Positions 1-9,248 of a DNA stretch of 64,000 nt are shown here, piece by piece. The position numbers were made by a program, and so were the translations under genes. Positions within the stretch are counted from its first letter, which is position 1; each line of letters begins with the position of its first letter. Below the pieces are notes generated by a model. The model was not told the DNA's origin. It searched no databases and saw only the letters and a list, made by a program, of their open reading frames with translations. Origin of the DNA: a virus (taxonomy: Duplodnaviria; Heunggongvirae; Uroviricota; Caudoviricetes); IMG/VR virus record IMGVR_UViG_3300005512_005684, positions 167,003 through 231,002 of that record, one strand, 5' to 3'.

Positions 1-2
1 GA

Positions 3-299
3 GCGGCACTGGCTTTCGTCGAACACCTGATCCTGCGACTGTGGCAGGATCACAAGATTCACGACGAAGAGTATCTCCTGGAACATCGTGAGAAACGAGT
101 GAAGGCGCAGAAAGAGCGTCTCTTGAAGGCGAAGCGTCTTGCAAGGAAGGTCTGGAACAACAAGCGTAAGAAACTGACAGAGAAAGCTCGTAAAGCATTC
201 AAGAAAATCATGCCCGAAGGTTGGATGTCGGTCGATAACTTTGAGCAAACGGTGATCGACTTTTTCAAGGAACTCGAAGTTCCGATTATGAGCATTTAG
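3..299 (+). CDS. hypothetical protein (5'-partial)
   Basis: Frame is open from the window edge through ORF 99..299. Confidence 0.6.
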   Translation, partial: AALAFVEHLILRLWQDHKIHDEEYLLEHREKRVKAQKERLLKAKRLARKVWNNKRKKLTEKARKAFKKIMPEGWMSVDNFEQTVIDFFKELEVPIMSI

Positions 300-302
300 G
301 AT

Positions 303-524
303 GTGCTCGGGGTCTTGAACTTCGACATGCAGATGAATGACGAACTACGAGAGCCGCAAGGGTTCATTCGCATGGCGTTTCGTCTGGGAAATACTCAGGC
401 AATCCGGCGGGCGTCTCAGGAAGGCGGTACGTCGGTGGACGAAGCTCAGAAAGGCATTTGGATACTGATTGGTCAAGGTATCGACCAGATCGTTGAAGCG
501 GAGGCCGAGCGACATGAAGTGTAA
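303..524 (+). CDS. hypothetical protein
   Basis: 73-aa ORF packed between neighbours. Confidence 0.55.
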   Translation: MLGVLNFDMQMNDELREPQGFIRMAFRLGNTQAIRRASQEGGTSVDEAQKGIWILIGQGIDQIVEAEAERHEV

Positions 525-777
525 GTTCTGCAAGACTGGTGATACCAGGGTGATCGATAGTCGAGAGTCCCCGGACGCGACGGAGATTCGACGGCGACGA
601 GAGTGCTTGTCGTGTGGAAGGCGTTTCACGACGTACGAGTCGATTTTGGCGGAGGGACATGTATCTGAAAGACAGCGAGAAAGACGGCAAGATGTGGAAA
701 GGGAGAAACGTTACCAGGAACGTTTAGCCGAGGCTCGAAGGAAGCAAGAAAGGTTTTTACGGAGGGAACGAAGATGA
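514..777 (+). CDS. NrdR-like Zn-ribbon protein lacking the ATP-cone
   Basis: [37 protein letters not shown] matches the NrdR N-terminus; followed by a charged helix instead of an ATP-cone; ATG at 514. Confidence 0.8.
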   Translation: MKCKFCKTGDTRVIDSRESPDATEIRRRRECLSCGRRFTTYESILAEGHVSERQRERRQDVEREKRYQERLAEARRKQERFLRRERR

Positions 778-1433
778 CTAGCGAAGCGACAGACATGGAG
801 ACTGAGGGTAAGTCTGCGGTTGCAAAGATGGGAAGTCTGCAATTGGACACGAAGCATGTGAGTGGTGCACACTTGATGTTTATTAGCCACGGTATGTACG
901 AGCAAGGGCTTCAATACAGGAACCAGGCGACCTTCCGAAAGGACGGAAAGAGACATGAGCGGGTTGTCATGGTTTTGACGACGAACATCTGGGGGAAGTA
1001 CCGTCACGGCAAGCTCTGGAAGGTTTGGTACCACCTGGAGGTTATCTTCCCGGAGCTAATTGGTCAAAAGGGCATGGCGGGTGTGGACACTTCTCCGGGA
1101 GCGAAGCATTTCGTCGAGTGTAACTTCGCGATTCAAGAGGACTGCAAAGCGTCAGATAGTGAGCTTACGGTTGCGAAGGCCGTGCTTGCTCACGGTCGTT
1201 TTGAGGGTACTTATTTCGACGTAGCTGAAGGTGACGACGCGCCCGACTTCCCAACAGAGTACGGCGGTGTCCCGGTCTCGATTCCTACAGAGGTGGAATC
1301 GTCTTCCGGGGAGTTCAGTTTCAAGTTCTCGGGTAGTGACGGAGAGAAAACGGTCGAGATACCCAGGTCGTTGGTATTGCGTGTGGCAGACGTGTTGGAC
1401 GAAGACGAGGACGATGAAGGTTTTGACGAGTAA
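774..1433 (+). CDS. hypothetical protein
   Basis: 219-aa ORF, ATGA overlap with upstream stop, acidic tail. Confidence 0.7.
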   Translation: MTSEATDMETEGKSAVAKMGSLQLDTKHVSGAHLMFISHGMYEQGLQYRNQATFRKDGKRHERVVMVLTTNIWGKYRHGKLWKVWYHLEVIFPELIGQKGMAGVDTSPGAKHFVECNFAIQEDCKASDSELTVAKAVLAHGRFEGTYFDVAEGDDAPDFPTEYGGVPVSIPTEVESSSGEFSFKFSGSDGEKTVEIPRSLVLRVADVLDEDEDDEGFDE

Positions 1434-1469
1434 GGTCGTTCGTAGCTCCATTTAACAAGGGGCTTTCGT

Positions 1470-1706
1470 ATGGATATTCTGAACATCATTTACTTTCCGT
1501 GGAAGTGGTACTTGCTGGCCTGGTTTTTGTTCATCGTCGTTGGTCTCGTGCTTCAGTTAGTTCTTCCGACAGTGAAGGACAGCATGGGGCGACCGAGGAC
1601 TCACCCGGTAGCAGGTTTGTTCCTTGCGCCGGTAGCGGTGTGTTCCATCGTGTTGTTTGTAGATTTTTGGATCATGATCATCCGCGCCGCTGTTGGTGCT
1701 GGCTGA
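1470..1706 (+). CDS. small membrane protein (2 TM)
   Basis: Two hydrophobic segments. Confidence 0.65.
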   Translation: MDILNIIYFPWKWYLLAWFLFIVVGLVLQLVLPTVKDSMGRPRTHPVAGLFLAPVAVCSIVLFVDFWIMIIRAAVGAG

Positions 1707-1742
1707 GAGGGTCCACTGGTTTCTTAGTACTTGGAGGTCAAC

Positions 1743-2219
1743 ATGACTGTTCTGAGATCGAAGAGAGAGCTTCGGTTCGTGGTGCGTAGCGCGAAGACAG
1801 AGGAAAAACCGTCAAGGGAACGTGCGGTGAAGGTGAAGAAACTGATCAGGATGATCAGGCACAGAGACCTCATAGAGGACGTGTTCCTGGTAACGAAAGC
1901 AGGGCACTCGACCGTGGAAATCTTCGTGCAGTTTGACGAGGGTGACGCGATAGGTGCGGTGTCGCTCGTCGAGCACGATACCGGTTGCTTGCTCGCTATC
2001 GAAAGTGGGTGGGATCCGAATCTCTCCGGCCACGAGATCGAGTTCGCCGTGCCGAGCGAAGAGGATGATGCGCCAGACGACACGACAGACTTCGCTTCCC
2101 AGACCAAGGCGCAACTTCGTTCGATGTGCAAGAGCCGGGGAATCGAGGTCAAGTCGAAGACTACGAAGACGCAGATGATCGAGGTTCTGACGGCTCAGTC
2201 CGTGGGAGACAGTGAGTAA
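1743..2219 (+). CDS. hypothetical protein with C-terminal HeH/Rho-N-like helical motif
   Basis: GGAGG RBS before ATG 1743; C-terminal TKAQLRSMCKSRGIEVKSKTTKTQMIEVL. Confidence 0.6.
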   Translation: MTVLRSKRELRFVVRSAKTEEKPSRERAVKVKKLIRMIRHRDLIEDVFLVTKAGHSTVEIFVQFDEGDAIGAVSLVEHDTGCLLAIESGWDPNLSGHEIEFAVPSEEDDAPDDTTDFASQTKAQLRSMCKSRGIEVKSKTTKTQMIEVLTAQSVGDSE

Positions 2220-2764
2220 TGAAGATGGTGATCGTGATCAGAGAAAACGTGTTCATGGGGATGCGTGACGTGAAGCGTCTCGGAGACCATCCGTTGTACT
2301 TCGACGGAGAGAACCTGGTTCCGTTCACGATTGACGAGACCGAGCCGGATGATTCTGAGATACCCATTCTTGCGATAAATGGGAAGAGGCTCGTGCGCCT
2401 TGGTGTGTTCATGAGCGTCTTGGAAGGACTGGACGGCGTGTACGCCATCATGGTAGTTACGCGTGCCGGTTTCTTCGGCTTCGTGTGCTCGGGCTTCCAG
2501 GTTCGCGAATGGAAGAAAGGCGACGTAGCCATACAACTGAAAGACGCGGAACTGCTAGAGAGTGAGTGTCTGAAGTCGATGGTGTTGTCGTGTGGCAATC
2601 GCTCCGTTCGTGTCCACGGAGTTAAGGGGAATGTGGCCGAGGTCGGTTACATCTTTCCGTTGGCCGTGGGGAAGAAATCAGGAGCGAAGTCTTTCGAGGT
2701 GCCGCTTCACACGCTGCGTTGTTCGTCGCAATACGGCGTAAAAGAGATCAGGACAGGTGATTGA
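2219..2764 (+). CDS. hypothetical protein
   Basis: 181-aa ORF coupled to the upstream stop. Confidence 0.65.
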   Translation: MKMVIVIRENVFMGMRDVKRLGDHPLYFDGENLVPFTIDETEPDDSEIPILAINGKRLVRLGVFMSVLEGLDGVYAIMVVTRAGFFGFVCSGFQVREWKKGDVAIQLKDAELLESECLKSMVLSCGNRSVRVHGVKGNVAEVGYIFPLAVGKKSGAKSFEVPLHTLRCSSQYGVKEIRTGD

Positions 2765-2842
2765 CGGAGACCGGTGTAACCGTAACAATACCCTTCCTGG
2801 ACACGGGTCGCCGGGAAGGGTATTTTCGATTAAGGGACAACG

Positions 2843-3706
2843 ATGAACTTCGAGCACTTTCTTTTGACGAGGTTTAATCTGGGCAATCCAGACAGGGGTT
2901 GGATGGAGTGGCGGTTCAATCTTTTCGAGTGGTATTGTCTCCCCTCCGTGGCAAGTCAGAAATGTCGCGACTTTACGTGGCTCGTATTCTACGACAGTCG
3001 GACGGATCAAGACTTCGTGGAACGGCTGTACAGCTATGAGGCCGTGGTTCCGGTTGAAGTTGATATGACCTGGGGCTCCGGTGAAAAGACGTTCCTGGTA
3101 GACCGCGGTGTAGAGTTGAAGCGGTTGCTGGCACGCAAGGTCTCAGATCGCTTGCGAGGGAAACCGGTGGTTTTGACGACACGGTTGGACAATGACGATG
3201 CGATCCATGAAACGTATATGCAGCGGGTTCAGGAGTATTCACTTGGCATTAAACCAACCGGGGTCATTCTCAATTTCTCTGTTGGGTATCGGTATGAGCT
3301 TCGACATCGTTACCTCTACCGGATTACTGACAAGTGCAATCCGTTTCAGACGTTCGTAGAGGAGTCGGAAGGCGGAAGGATCAAGACCGTCTTTGATCAG
3401 TCGCATAGTCGAGTGTATGTAGATCAACCGGAGTTGCTAAGACAGGTATCTAAAGGGAACTTGTGGCTGGAGGTGATTCACGGTGAGAACTACTTCCATT
3501 CGGAGTACACGTGCCGTTGTGGAAAACCGAAGTGTGATTGTGAGCCGGAGACGAGACCGAAGTTGACGAGACATTTTCGCCAACGGTGTATGGGTGTGAT
3601 ACCAGATCGAGTGGTCAACGAGTTTCACTTCAACGAACCGGAGGATGTGTCCGATACCGTTTCGTTTCGGAGTGAACTGAAGGTGTTGCCGGAGAGAGTA
3701 AGGTAA
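2843..3706 (+). CDS. GT-A fold glycosyltransferase (putative rhamnosyltransferase family)
   Basis: LLTRFNL, CLPSVASQ..FTWLVFYD and TTRLDNDDAI (DxD) motifs. Confidence 0.75.
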   Translation: MNFEHFLLTRFNLGNPDRGWMEWRFNLFEWYCLPSVASQKCRDFTWLVFYDSRTDQDFVERLYSYEAVVPVEVDMTWGSGEKTFLVDRGVELKRLLARKVSDRLRGKPVVLTTRLDNDDAIHETYMQRVQEYSLGIKPTGVILNFSVGYRYELRHRYLYRITDKCNPFQTFVEESEGGRIKTVFDQSHSRVYVDQPELLRQVSKGNLWLEVIHGENYFHSEYTCRCGKPKCDCEPETRPKLTRHFRQRCMGVIPDRVVNEFHFNEPEDVSDTVSFRSELKVLPERVR

Positions 3707-3707
3707 T

Positions 3708-3932
3708 ATGGCCATGCGTTATCGGACATACGGTAAGTCGCTTCCGCCGCACGTCCAAAAGCATAGTGGTCGGAATCCTGCGACGAGGAAGTGTTTGACG
3801 TGTGACAGGGAATTTCCTTCCTGGGGACCTGGTAACCGCCGGTGCCCGAAGTGCGACGATGATCGGAAACATAGTTCGTCAAGAGACGAGCCGGTCAAGA
3901 TTAGTACCCGTAATGTGAGGAAGCCAGAATGA
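3708..3932 (+). CDS. small Zn-finger protein
   Basis: RKCLTCDREFPSWGPGNRRCPKC. Confidence 0.65.
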   Translation: MAMRYRTYGKSLPPHVQKHSGRNPATRKCLTCDREFPSWGPGNRRCPKCDDDRKHSSSRDEPVKISTRNVRKPE

Positions 3933-4336
3933 ATAGTCTATTCGGAAGACGGTGGGATCAAGCCTGGAGGCATTTCGACGAAAGCATGAGCGCTATGAGC
4001 CAGTCCATGAACGCCATGCAAGAGTGTTTCAGTAAGGTTGGCGAAGATGACGATTCGTTGCTCGTGGACGGGAGTGCTACGGTTCACCGAAGTGGACGCA
4101 AGGTCGTTATACGCGCACCGATGCCGGGATTTGAGCGAAGCCAGGTCAAGGTACGTCGATCTCCGAGCAGTATTGTTGTGACGGGGAGCAAGTCGGGGTT
4201 GGAGAACATCGTCAAAGTGTACTGCGGTGAAGGGCGTAACTTCCAGGTGAGTTCCTGCAAATTCGAGGGAGTGGCTGACGTGAAAATCGAGGCCGATATT
4301 GTGGCCGAAGCTGGAGAGGAAGTCGGGATTTCGTAA
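3929..4336 (+). CDS. small heat-shock (HSP20/alpha-crystallin)-like protein
   Basis: VVIRAPMPGFERSQVKVRRSPSSIVVTG resembles the alpha-crystallin core. Confidence 0.55.
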   Translation: MNSLFGRRWDQAWRHFDESMSAMSQSMNAMQECFSKVGEDDDSLLVDGSATVHRSGRKVVIRAPMPGFERSQVKVRRSPSSIVVTGSKSGLENIVKVYCGEGRNFQVSSCKFEGVADVKIEADIVAEAGEEVGIS

Positions 4337-4359
4337 GACAGACAAATAGGAGTAGAACG

Positions 4360-5082
4360 ATGTCTAGCGAAGAGATACCAGTCAAAAGAACGAAGATCGA
4401 TGACGAGCGCACGCGTAGTGAGCATCCGGCGTTTGGTGTGATTGCCATTCACCGTGTCACGTCCACACCGGGAATCCATTTGTTCGATAGTGCTTTTCAG
4501 CATGGTCAATACATATCGCTGAAGATCAGTCGAGCATCCGTGGATCGACACCTGAACAATCACTGGATTCACAACGAGGCGCAACTGATTGAAGTGAACC
4601 TGTCCGAAGCTCAATTCGCGACGATGATTACTTCGTTGAACCTCGGGGTCGGGAGCCCGTGCACAATCGACTGGTTCAACGGGGAGGATCAAGGGCGGTG
4701 TCCCCCGGATGATACGAAGGAAACGTTTAGCATGGAGGTGTCGGAGAGTACTACAGAGATTGGTGACCAGGCTTCACAAGTCGAGGCGGAGTTGGACAAT
4801 CTACTTGAAAAGCAAAGGATGACGAAGGCTGATAAGGAAGGGATTCGTAGGAAGATGGCGAAACTTACTCAGAACATCAAACACAATCTCCCATTTATTC
4901 AGGATCAATTCGCTGAGTCAATGGAGAGGACGACCGAGCAGGCCAAGGCAGAGGTAGCGGCACACATGCTCAGAGTCAAAGGAGCGCTCATAGGTGGTGC
5001 GAGTGACCAAGAGGTCGATCAGCTATTAGGATTCGCTGACGACTCTCCTGCGTTGCCTGAGAGCGCTTCAGAGACCGAGTGA
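4360..5082 (+). CDS. conserved phage-type hypothetical protein
   Basis: HPAFGVIAIHR..LFDS..IEVNLSEAQFATMITSLNLGVGSPCTI pattern recalled from large phages; C-terminal coiled coil. Confidence 0.7.
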   Translation: MSSEEIPVKRTKIDDERTRSEHPAFGVIAIHRVTSTPGIHLFDSAFQHGQYISLKISRASVDRHLNNHWIHNEAQLIEVNLSEAQFATMITSLNLGVGSPCTIDWFNGEDQGRCPPDDTKETFSMEVSESTTEIGDQASQVEAELDNLLEKQRMTKADKEGIRRKMAKLTQNIKHNLPFIQDQFAESMERTTEQAKAEVAAHMLRVKGALIGGASDQEVDQLLGFADDSPALPESASETE

Positions 5083-5234
5083 CGAGTCAGGTAAATAGCG
5101 ACGTTTATTTTCTAACTTGTGAGCCGGAAGGGGTACTTCCTGTCGCGCTTTGAGTGACGTGGCACAACGATGTGCCCAGTGTCGGGTCCCTGCCAGAAGT
5201 CCTTCCATATACTTCGCTCACCTGACTTTCACTC
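5077..5234 (+). ncRNA. candidate structured RNA
   Basis: Long-range pairings GAGTGA/TCACTC, AGTCAGGT/ACCTGACT and AGCGA/TCGCT enclose internal hairpins GGAAG/CTTCC and GGCACA/TGTGCC; followed by a terminator. Confidence 0.35.
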
Positions 5235-5256
5235 AAAAACAGTTGGTTTGTTATGT

Positions 5257-5293
5257 GCGCCGTCCTACGCCCATCGGGACGGCGCTTTTTTTT
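5257..5293 (+). terminator. Rho-independent terminator
   Basis: GCGCCGTCC/GGACGGCGC 9-bp stem followed by 8 T. Confidence 0.8.
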
Positions 5294-5346
5294 GGCTTGT
5301 GCTAATTCACTATGAGGTTTGAGTGTGAATTGTCGAGAGGTATTTT

Positions 5347-7359
5347 ATGGAATCTCGAAAGGTAGCCAAGAAAGCCAACCGATACTTGTACCACGTAACT
5401 CGTGCGAGACACCTGGACGATATACGTGAGTATGGACTGGTTCCGAATCGAAGTGGCAATTCTGCTTTCGGTGGTGGCTACGGCGCGCACTCGAAGGGCA
5501 AGATATTTCTGGCTGACTTCAAGACAGCGTTGAAGTGGTTTGAACATATCGACGGTGTGTCGAGTGACGACCGGCCTTCAGACGGTGGCACCCCAGTAAT
5601 GCTGAAAGTTAATTTCGGCGGACTGGAAGTGGAAGATGACGAGTTGGGAAACCGCGACCTCATTGGCAATTCGTTCTTCATTGAGGAAGAGATACCACCG
5701 ACACGAATCCGGGTCTGGTATGGTGGCAAGTGGGAAAAGATACGTGGTGTCGATTCGGAAATGTTCCTTGATGACGTGGAAGCCACCGCAGAGACAGAGG
5801 AATCGGAGGAAGAGTTCGACGAGTATGGACAACCCGCGGAACCGGAGTATCTATGGTGGGACACGGGAATCTTCAAGCCCAGGAAAGCGTCGAGAGTAAT
5901 GCGAATCGCGAGTCGAGTTCTCATAGCTGGCATGGCGGAAAAGGAAGTCGAGCGTTTGATGCGCGTCGTCCTGAAGGATTCGGACTTCCGGGGGAAAGCG
6001 TTCGCCGTGGGCGGATACAACCGAGACGAGCTACTCGGCATCGACAGTAAGGACCTGGACATCGTGGTCGAGGAAAAGGGAGGGGCGGAACGGTTTACGA
6101 AGTACCTTCAGTCACTCTTCCCAGAACAGACCTCACGACCGAGACCGCTTGGAGCCGGTTATCCGATCTGGCAGATCACCTTCAAGGAAGATGTGACCTA
6201 CGAAGGGGAAGAGTATCGTACGAAGGGAGCGGAGATCGAGGTGGCCGATACGCAAAAGGAATCGTATCCCGATCCGAACACTCGCCAACGAGTCACGGAG
6301 TATGGAACGCGCGAAGACGATGCGCGCCGGCGAGACTTTACAGTGAACATGCTCCTGAAAGACTTGACGAGTGGTGAGTTCGTGGACCTTACTGGAGAGA
6401 GCAAGGAAGACGTACGCAAGGGTGTTTTGCGAGGACACCCGGAGGTGCCACTGGACAAGATGTTCTCCGACGATTCTCTCCGAATGTTGCGACTTATTCG
6501 CTTCCAAGTGAAGTACGGGTGGGAAGTCCCACTGGAAGTGTTGCGGGGAGTGAAGCGCAACGCGGATCGGTTGAAGATTCTCTCTGCCGAGAGGATCCGT
6601 GACGAGTTGGAAAAGATCATGAATCTGGGAGAGCTTGCTCGGGCGGTGCGGATCATGAAAGCAACGGGACTCCTGAAACACGTGTTCCCCGAGATCGAGA
6701 AACTCAAAGGTGTCGAACAGGGAGGTTATCACCAGGAAGGGGACGTGTACAAGCATACGTTACTCGTGCTCCAGAACGCCAAGCCTACGGTCGAGGCTCA
6801 GATGGCAGCGTTGCTTCACGACGTGGGCAAGTCCGAGACTCAGGAGTTGATCGGAGACAAGGTGAGCTTCAAGGGACACGAGGCCGTGAGTGCCGATGTT
6901 GCGCGAGCAATTATGAAGCGGTTGAAGTTCGACAACGCGGTGACGAATCGGGTGGTTGCAATCGTGGCGAATCACATGCGCCCACACACACTCGTACGTC
7001 ATGGGAAGGTGACGCCGAAAGCGTTGCGCCGGTTCATGCGGAAGGTTGGGGAAGAGACGTGGGAAGCCGTCCTCGATCAGGCCGAAGCCGATCATCTTGG
7101 TAGGCTCCCGGAGACAGAGAATCAGGTGCCGATGATCCGTGAAGAGATTAAACGTCTCCGTGAAGAGAGTGGACCCGTGGGTGAAACTGCGGTACTGGAC
7201 GGCGGCGAAGTCATGGAGACGATGGGGATCAAGCCGGGGCCGCAGGTGGGTGAAGCGATCCGGTATCTACAGGAAGTAGAGGACGACTACGCCAACGAAG
7301 GGCGGAAACTCTCGAAAGACGAGGCGAAGGTGCTTTTGCGTGAGAAATACGCCGTTTAG
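5347..7359 (+). CDS. cca: CCA-adding enzyme (class II nucleotidyltransferase + HD domain) with N-terminal Tpt1/KptA-like ART domain
   Basis: AVGGYNRDELLG..DLDI, RRRDFTVN, DDSLRMLRLIRF, SAERIRDEL; HD domain EGDVYKHT..LLHDVGK; N-terminal LYHVT..LDDIREYGLVP..PVMLKV..IPPTRI. Confidence 0.85.
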   Translation: MESRKVAKKANRYLYHVTRARHLDDIREYGLVPNRSGNSAFGGGYGAHSKGKIFLADFKTALKWFEHIDGVSSDDRPSDGGTPVMLKVNFGGLEVEDDELGNRDLIGNSFFIEEEIPPTRIRVWYGGKWEKIRGVDSEMFLDDVEATAETEESEEEFDEYGQPAEPEYLWWDTGIFKPRKASRVMRIASRVLIAGMAEKEVERLMRVVLKDSDFRGKAFAVGGYNRDELLGIDSKDLDIVVEEKGGAERFTKYLQSLFPEQTSRPRPLGAGYPIWQITFKEDVTYEGEEYRTKGAEIEVADTQKESYPDPNTRQRVTEYGTREDDARRRDFTVNMLLKDLTSGEFVDLTGESKEDVRKGVLRGHPEVPLDKMFSDDSLRMLRLIRFQVKYGWEVPLEVLRGVKRNADRLKILSAERIRDELEKIMNLGELARAVRIMKATGLLKHVFPEIEKLKGVEQGGYHQEGDVYKHTLLVLQNAKPTVEAQMAALLHDVGKSETQELIGDKVSFKGHEAVSADVARAIMKRLKFDNAVTNRVVAIVANHMRPHTLVRHGKVTPKALRRFMRKVGEETWEAVLDQAEADHLGRLPETENQVPMIREEIKRLREESGPVGETAVLDGGEVMETMGIKPGPQVGEAIRYLQEVEDDYANEGRKLSKDEAKVLLREKYAV

Positions 7360-7400
7360 ATGTCGGTGTTAATTCGTCAATTACTGCGCGTTAAATCTGC

Positions 7401-7429
7401 TTGATCCGTCAAGCAAGGTCTGGTATCAT
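7401..7429 (+). promoter_or_regulatory. sigma70-like promoter
   Basis: TTGATC-N17-TATCAT with an extended -10 TG. Confidence 0.5.
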
Positions 7430-7459
7430 TCCACCTCTTCGTTGGTTCTTTAAGAGATT

Positions 7460-7579
7460 GGGGAAGGGACAGGAAAGCGGTAGGGAGTTTGCTCCTAGCG
7501 TGTCGTCACCGCGCCCGTCGATCCAGTGAGACTTGACGCCTCCACAACGTCGAGCAAGGCTGGCTGTCCTATACTCCCC
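7460..7579 (+). ncRNA. candidate structured leader or ncRNA (multi-way junction)
   Basis: GGGGA/TCCCC and GGACAG/CTGTCC closing stem; inner stems GCGGT/ACCGC, CCAG/CTGG, CTTGACG/CGTCGAG. Confidence 0.3.
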
Positions 7580-7596
7580 TTTGCTGGTCACTTGGT

Positions 7597-7923
7597 ATGA
7601 GCAGACAGGAAGTTACAAGCGGTGCCAAAGTCTTCGCCTTCGGGGCGGATCATGTTACTGGCTCGTTCTGCCAGTACTGGTCGGATGCTGAGAACGACGC
7701 GCCGGCCATTACCATCGACAACATGGGTGTAACCGTCAGGATTGACGAGCGAACTTTGCCGTTGGGGGTACGTTCGTTCTTGGTCGTTCTCCGTTGCCGT
7801 TTTACGTTCGCACGTGAGCAAGGAAACCCGCGACCGAACATTGACGTGCAGGCGATCAGCCAACTGGCTCGTTTGCTTGGTTTCGAGATTCCCGAAGCTG
7901 ACATCTATCGCGCTCTTGATTGA
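7597..7923 (+). CDS. hypothetical protein
   Basis: 108-aa ORF. Confidence 0.55.
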   Translation: MSRQEVTSGAKVFAFGADHVTGSFCQYWSDAENDAPAITIDNMGVTVRIDERTLPLGVRSFLVVLRCRFTFAREQGNPRPNIDVQAISQLARLLGFEIPEADIYRALD

Positions 7924-7933
7924 GGATTCAAAG

Positions 7934-8335
7934 GTGAGTAGAATCGACCCAACTTGGTATCTGATTTCTATGGCCGGTTGCCTGTTGCTCGGGTTTGCAG
8001 TGGCCATTCAGTACGCGGATACAACGCCTTGGTTGGCTCCCTTTCGTGGGTTGTCTACCAAGGCGCTTTTGATCGGTATCGGTGTCATGGCGGTTTTGTG
8101 TCTGGGTGCGTGTGTGTTGGGTGCGTGGCTTGACAACAAGAGGTTGCTCAAGGATGCGGAGTACCTTCGACGAGAATTTGACGAGAAATCACAAGTGTTT
8201 GCTGAGTCCTACGACGTGTCTCCTGAAAAAGTCAATCGAGCCATGTGGTATGCGGCGCGACTGATCGAAGCTGGCAACATTCAGAATCTCGACGCAGCGA
8301 TAACCAAAGCCCAGGGGGAAGATGACAGTGAGTAA
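7934..8335 (+). CDS. membrane protein (2 TM)
   Basis: GTG start after GAGGA; two hydrophobic helices. Confidence 0.6.
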   Translation: MSRIDPTWYLISMAGCLLLGFAVAIQYADTTPWLAPFRGLSTKALLIGIGVMAVLCLGACVLGAWLDNKRLLKDAEYLRREFDEKSQVFAESYDVSPEKVNRAMWYAARLIEAGNIQNLDAAITKAQGEDDSE

Positions 8336-9242
8336 GACCTACGTCCTCTATCATGGCGGCTGTTACGATGGTTTTGCTTCGGCCTGGATCGCGCGGAAGC
8401 ATCTGCCGGAAGACACGGAGTTCATTCCGGTTGGATTCAGTTCTCCAATGCCTGAAATCGAGGATGGTTCAGGGGTGTATATCCTGGACTTTTCGTACCC
8501 GAGGGACGAACTCATAGCTCTCCAGGAAAGAACACAAGTGCTTGTTCTCGATCACCACAAGACCGCCGAGGCGCAACTGAAAGGGTTGTCGTATGCCGTT
8601 TTCGATCTGGGTAAGTCTGGGGCGACGTTGACGTGGGAATGGTTTAACGGCTTGTGTTCAATGCCACCTGAGTTCATTCGGTACATCGAAGACAGGGACT
8701 TGTGGCGACACGCTCTGAAGAATAGCCGCGAGATCAATGCGGTGATTCGTTCGTACCCGTTTGACTTTGAGGTGTGGGATCGGTCGGTGTCGAACGTTTG
8801 TGGGGAGGCGGTCTGGGTAAGCGAAGGTCGGGCGATTCTCCGGGCGCAGCAACGTGAGATCGAGTTTATGACCTACAAGGTTCAGTACGCGTCGTTTGGC
8901 GGGTATGTGTTCCCGTGTATCAACGCGAATTGTTCCTTCCAGTCTGACATTGCCCACTACCTCTATGAAAACTTCCCGACGTACAGGCAAGATACAGAGG
9001 GGTGGCTCAGGAAGACGGATGTTCGTGGCTCTGCGGTGTACTCGGTATGGCCGCACGGGGACAATGGACAGGTGAAGTTCTTTTGGTCTCTTCGCAGCAA
9101 TGGTTCGCTTGACGTGAGCGAGCTTGCGACTGCGTTCGGTGGTGGGGGGCTTCCGCAAGCGTCTGGCTTCCGTGAAGAGAGCGCGTGTGCTCAGGAACGT
9201 TTCGTGAACCGAGACCTCATAGAGGCGATTGAGAGGGGGTAA
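8322..9242 (+). CDS. DHH/DHHA1 family phosphoesterase
   Basis: YHGGCYDG, ILDFSY, LDHHKT, KSGATL, IEDRDLW, SLRS..DVSELA..FGGGG. Confidence 0.85.
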   Translation: MTVSKTYVLYHGGCYDGFASAWIARKHLPEDTEFIPVGFSSPMPEIEDGSGVYILDFSYPRDELIALQERTQVLVLDHHKTAEAQLKGLSYAVFDLGKSGATLTWEWFNGLCSMPPEFIRYIEDRDLWRHALKNSREINAVIRSYPFDFEVWDRSVSNVCGEAVWVSEGRAILRAQQREIEFMTYKVQYASFGGYVFPCINANCSFQSDIAHYLYENFPTYRQDTEGWLRKTDVRGSAVYSVWPHGDNGQVKFFWSLRSNGSLDVSELATAFGGGGLPQASGFREESACAQERFVNRDLIEAIERG

Positions 9243-9248
9243 AGAAAG

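Noticed and set aside
2761-2790. Sigma70 promoter TTGACG..AACAAT before the glycosyltransferase
   Set aside because: Weak -10 match, and a terminator-like hairpin follows immediately; not supportable
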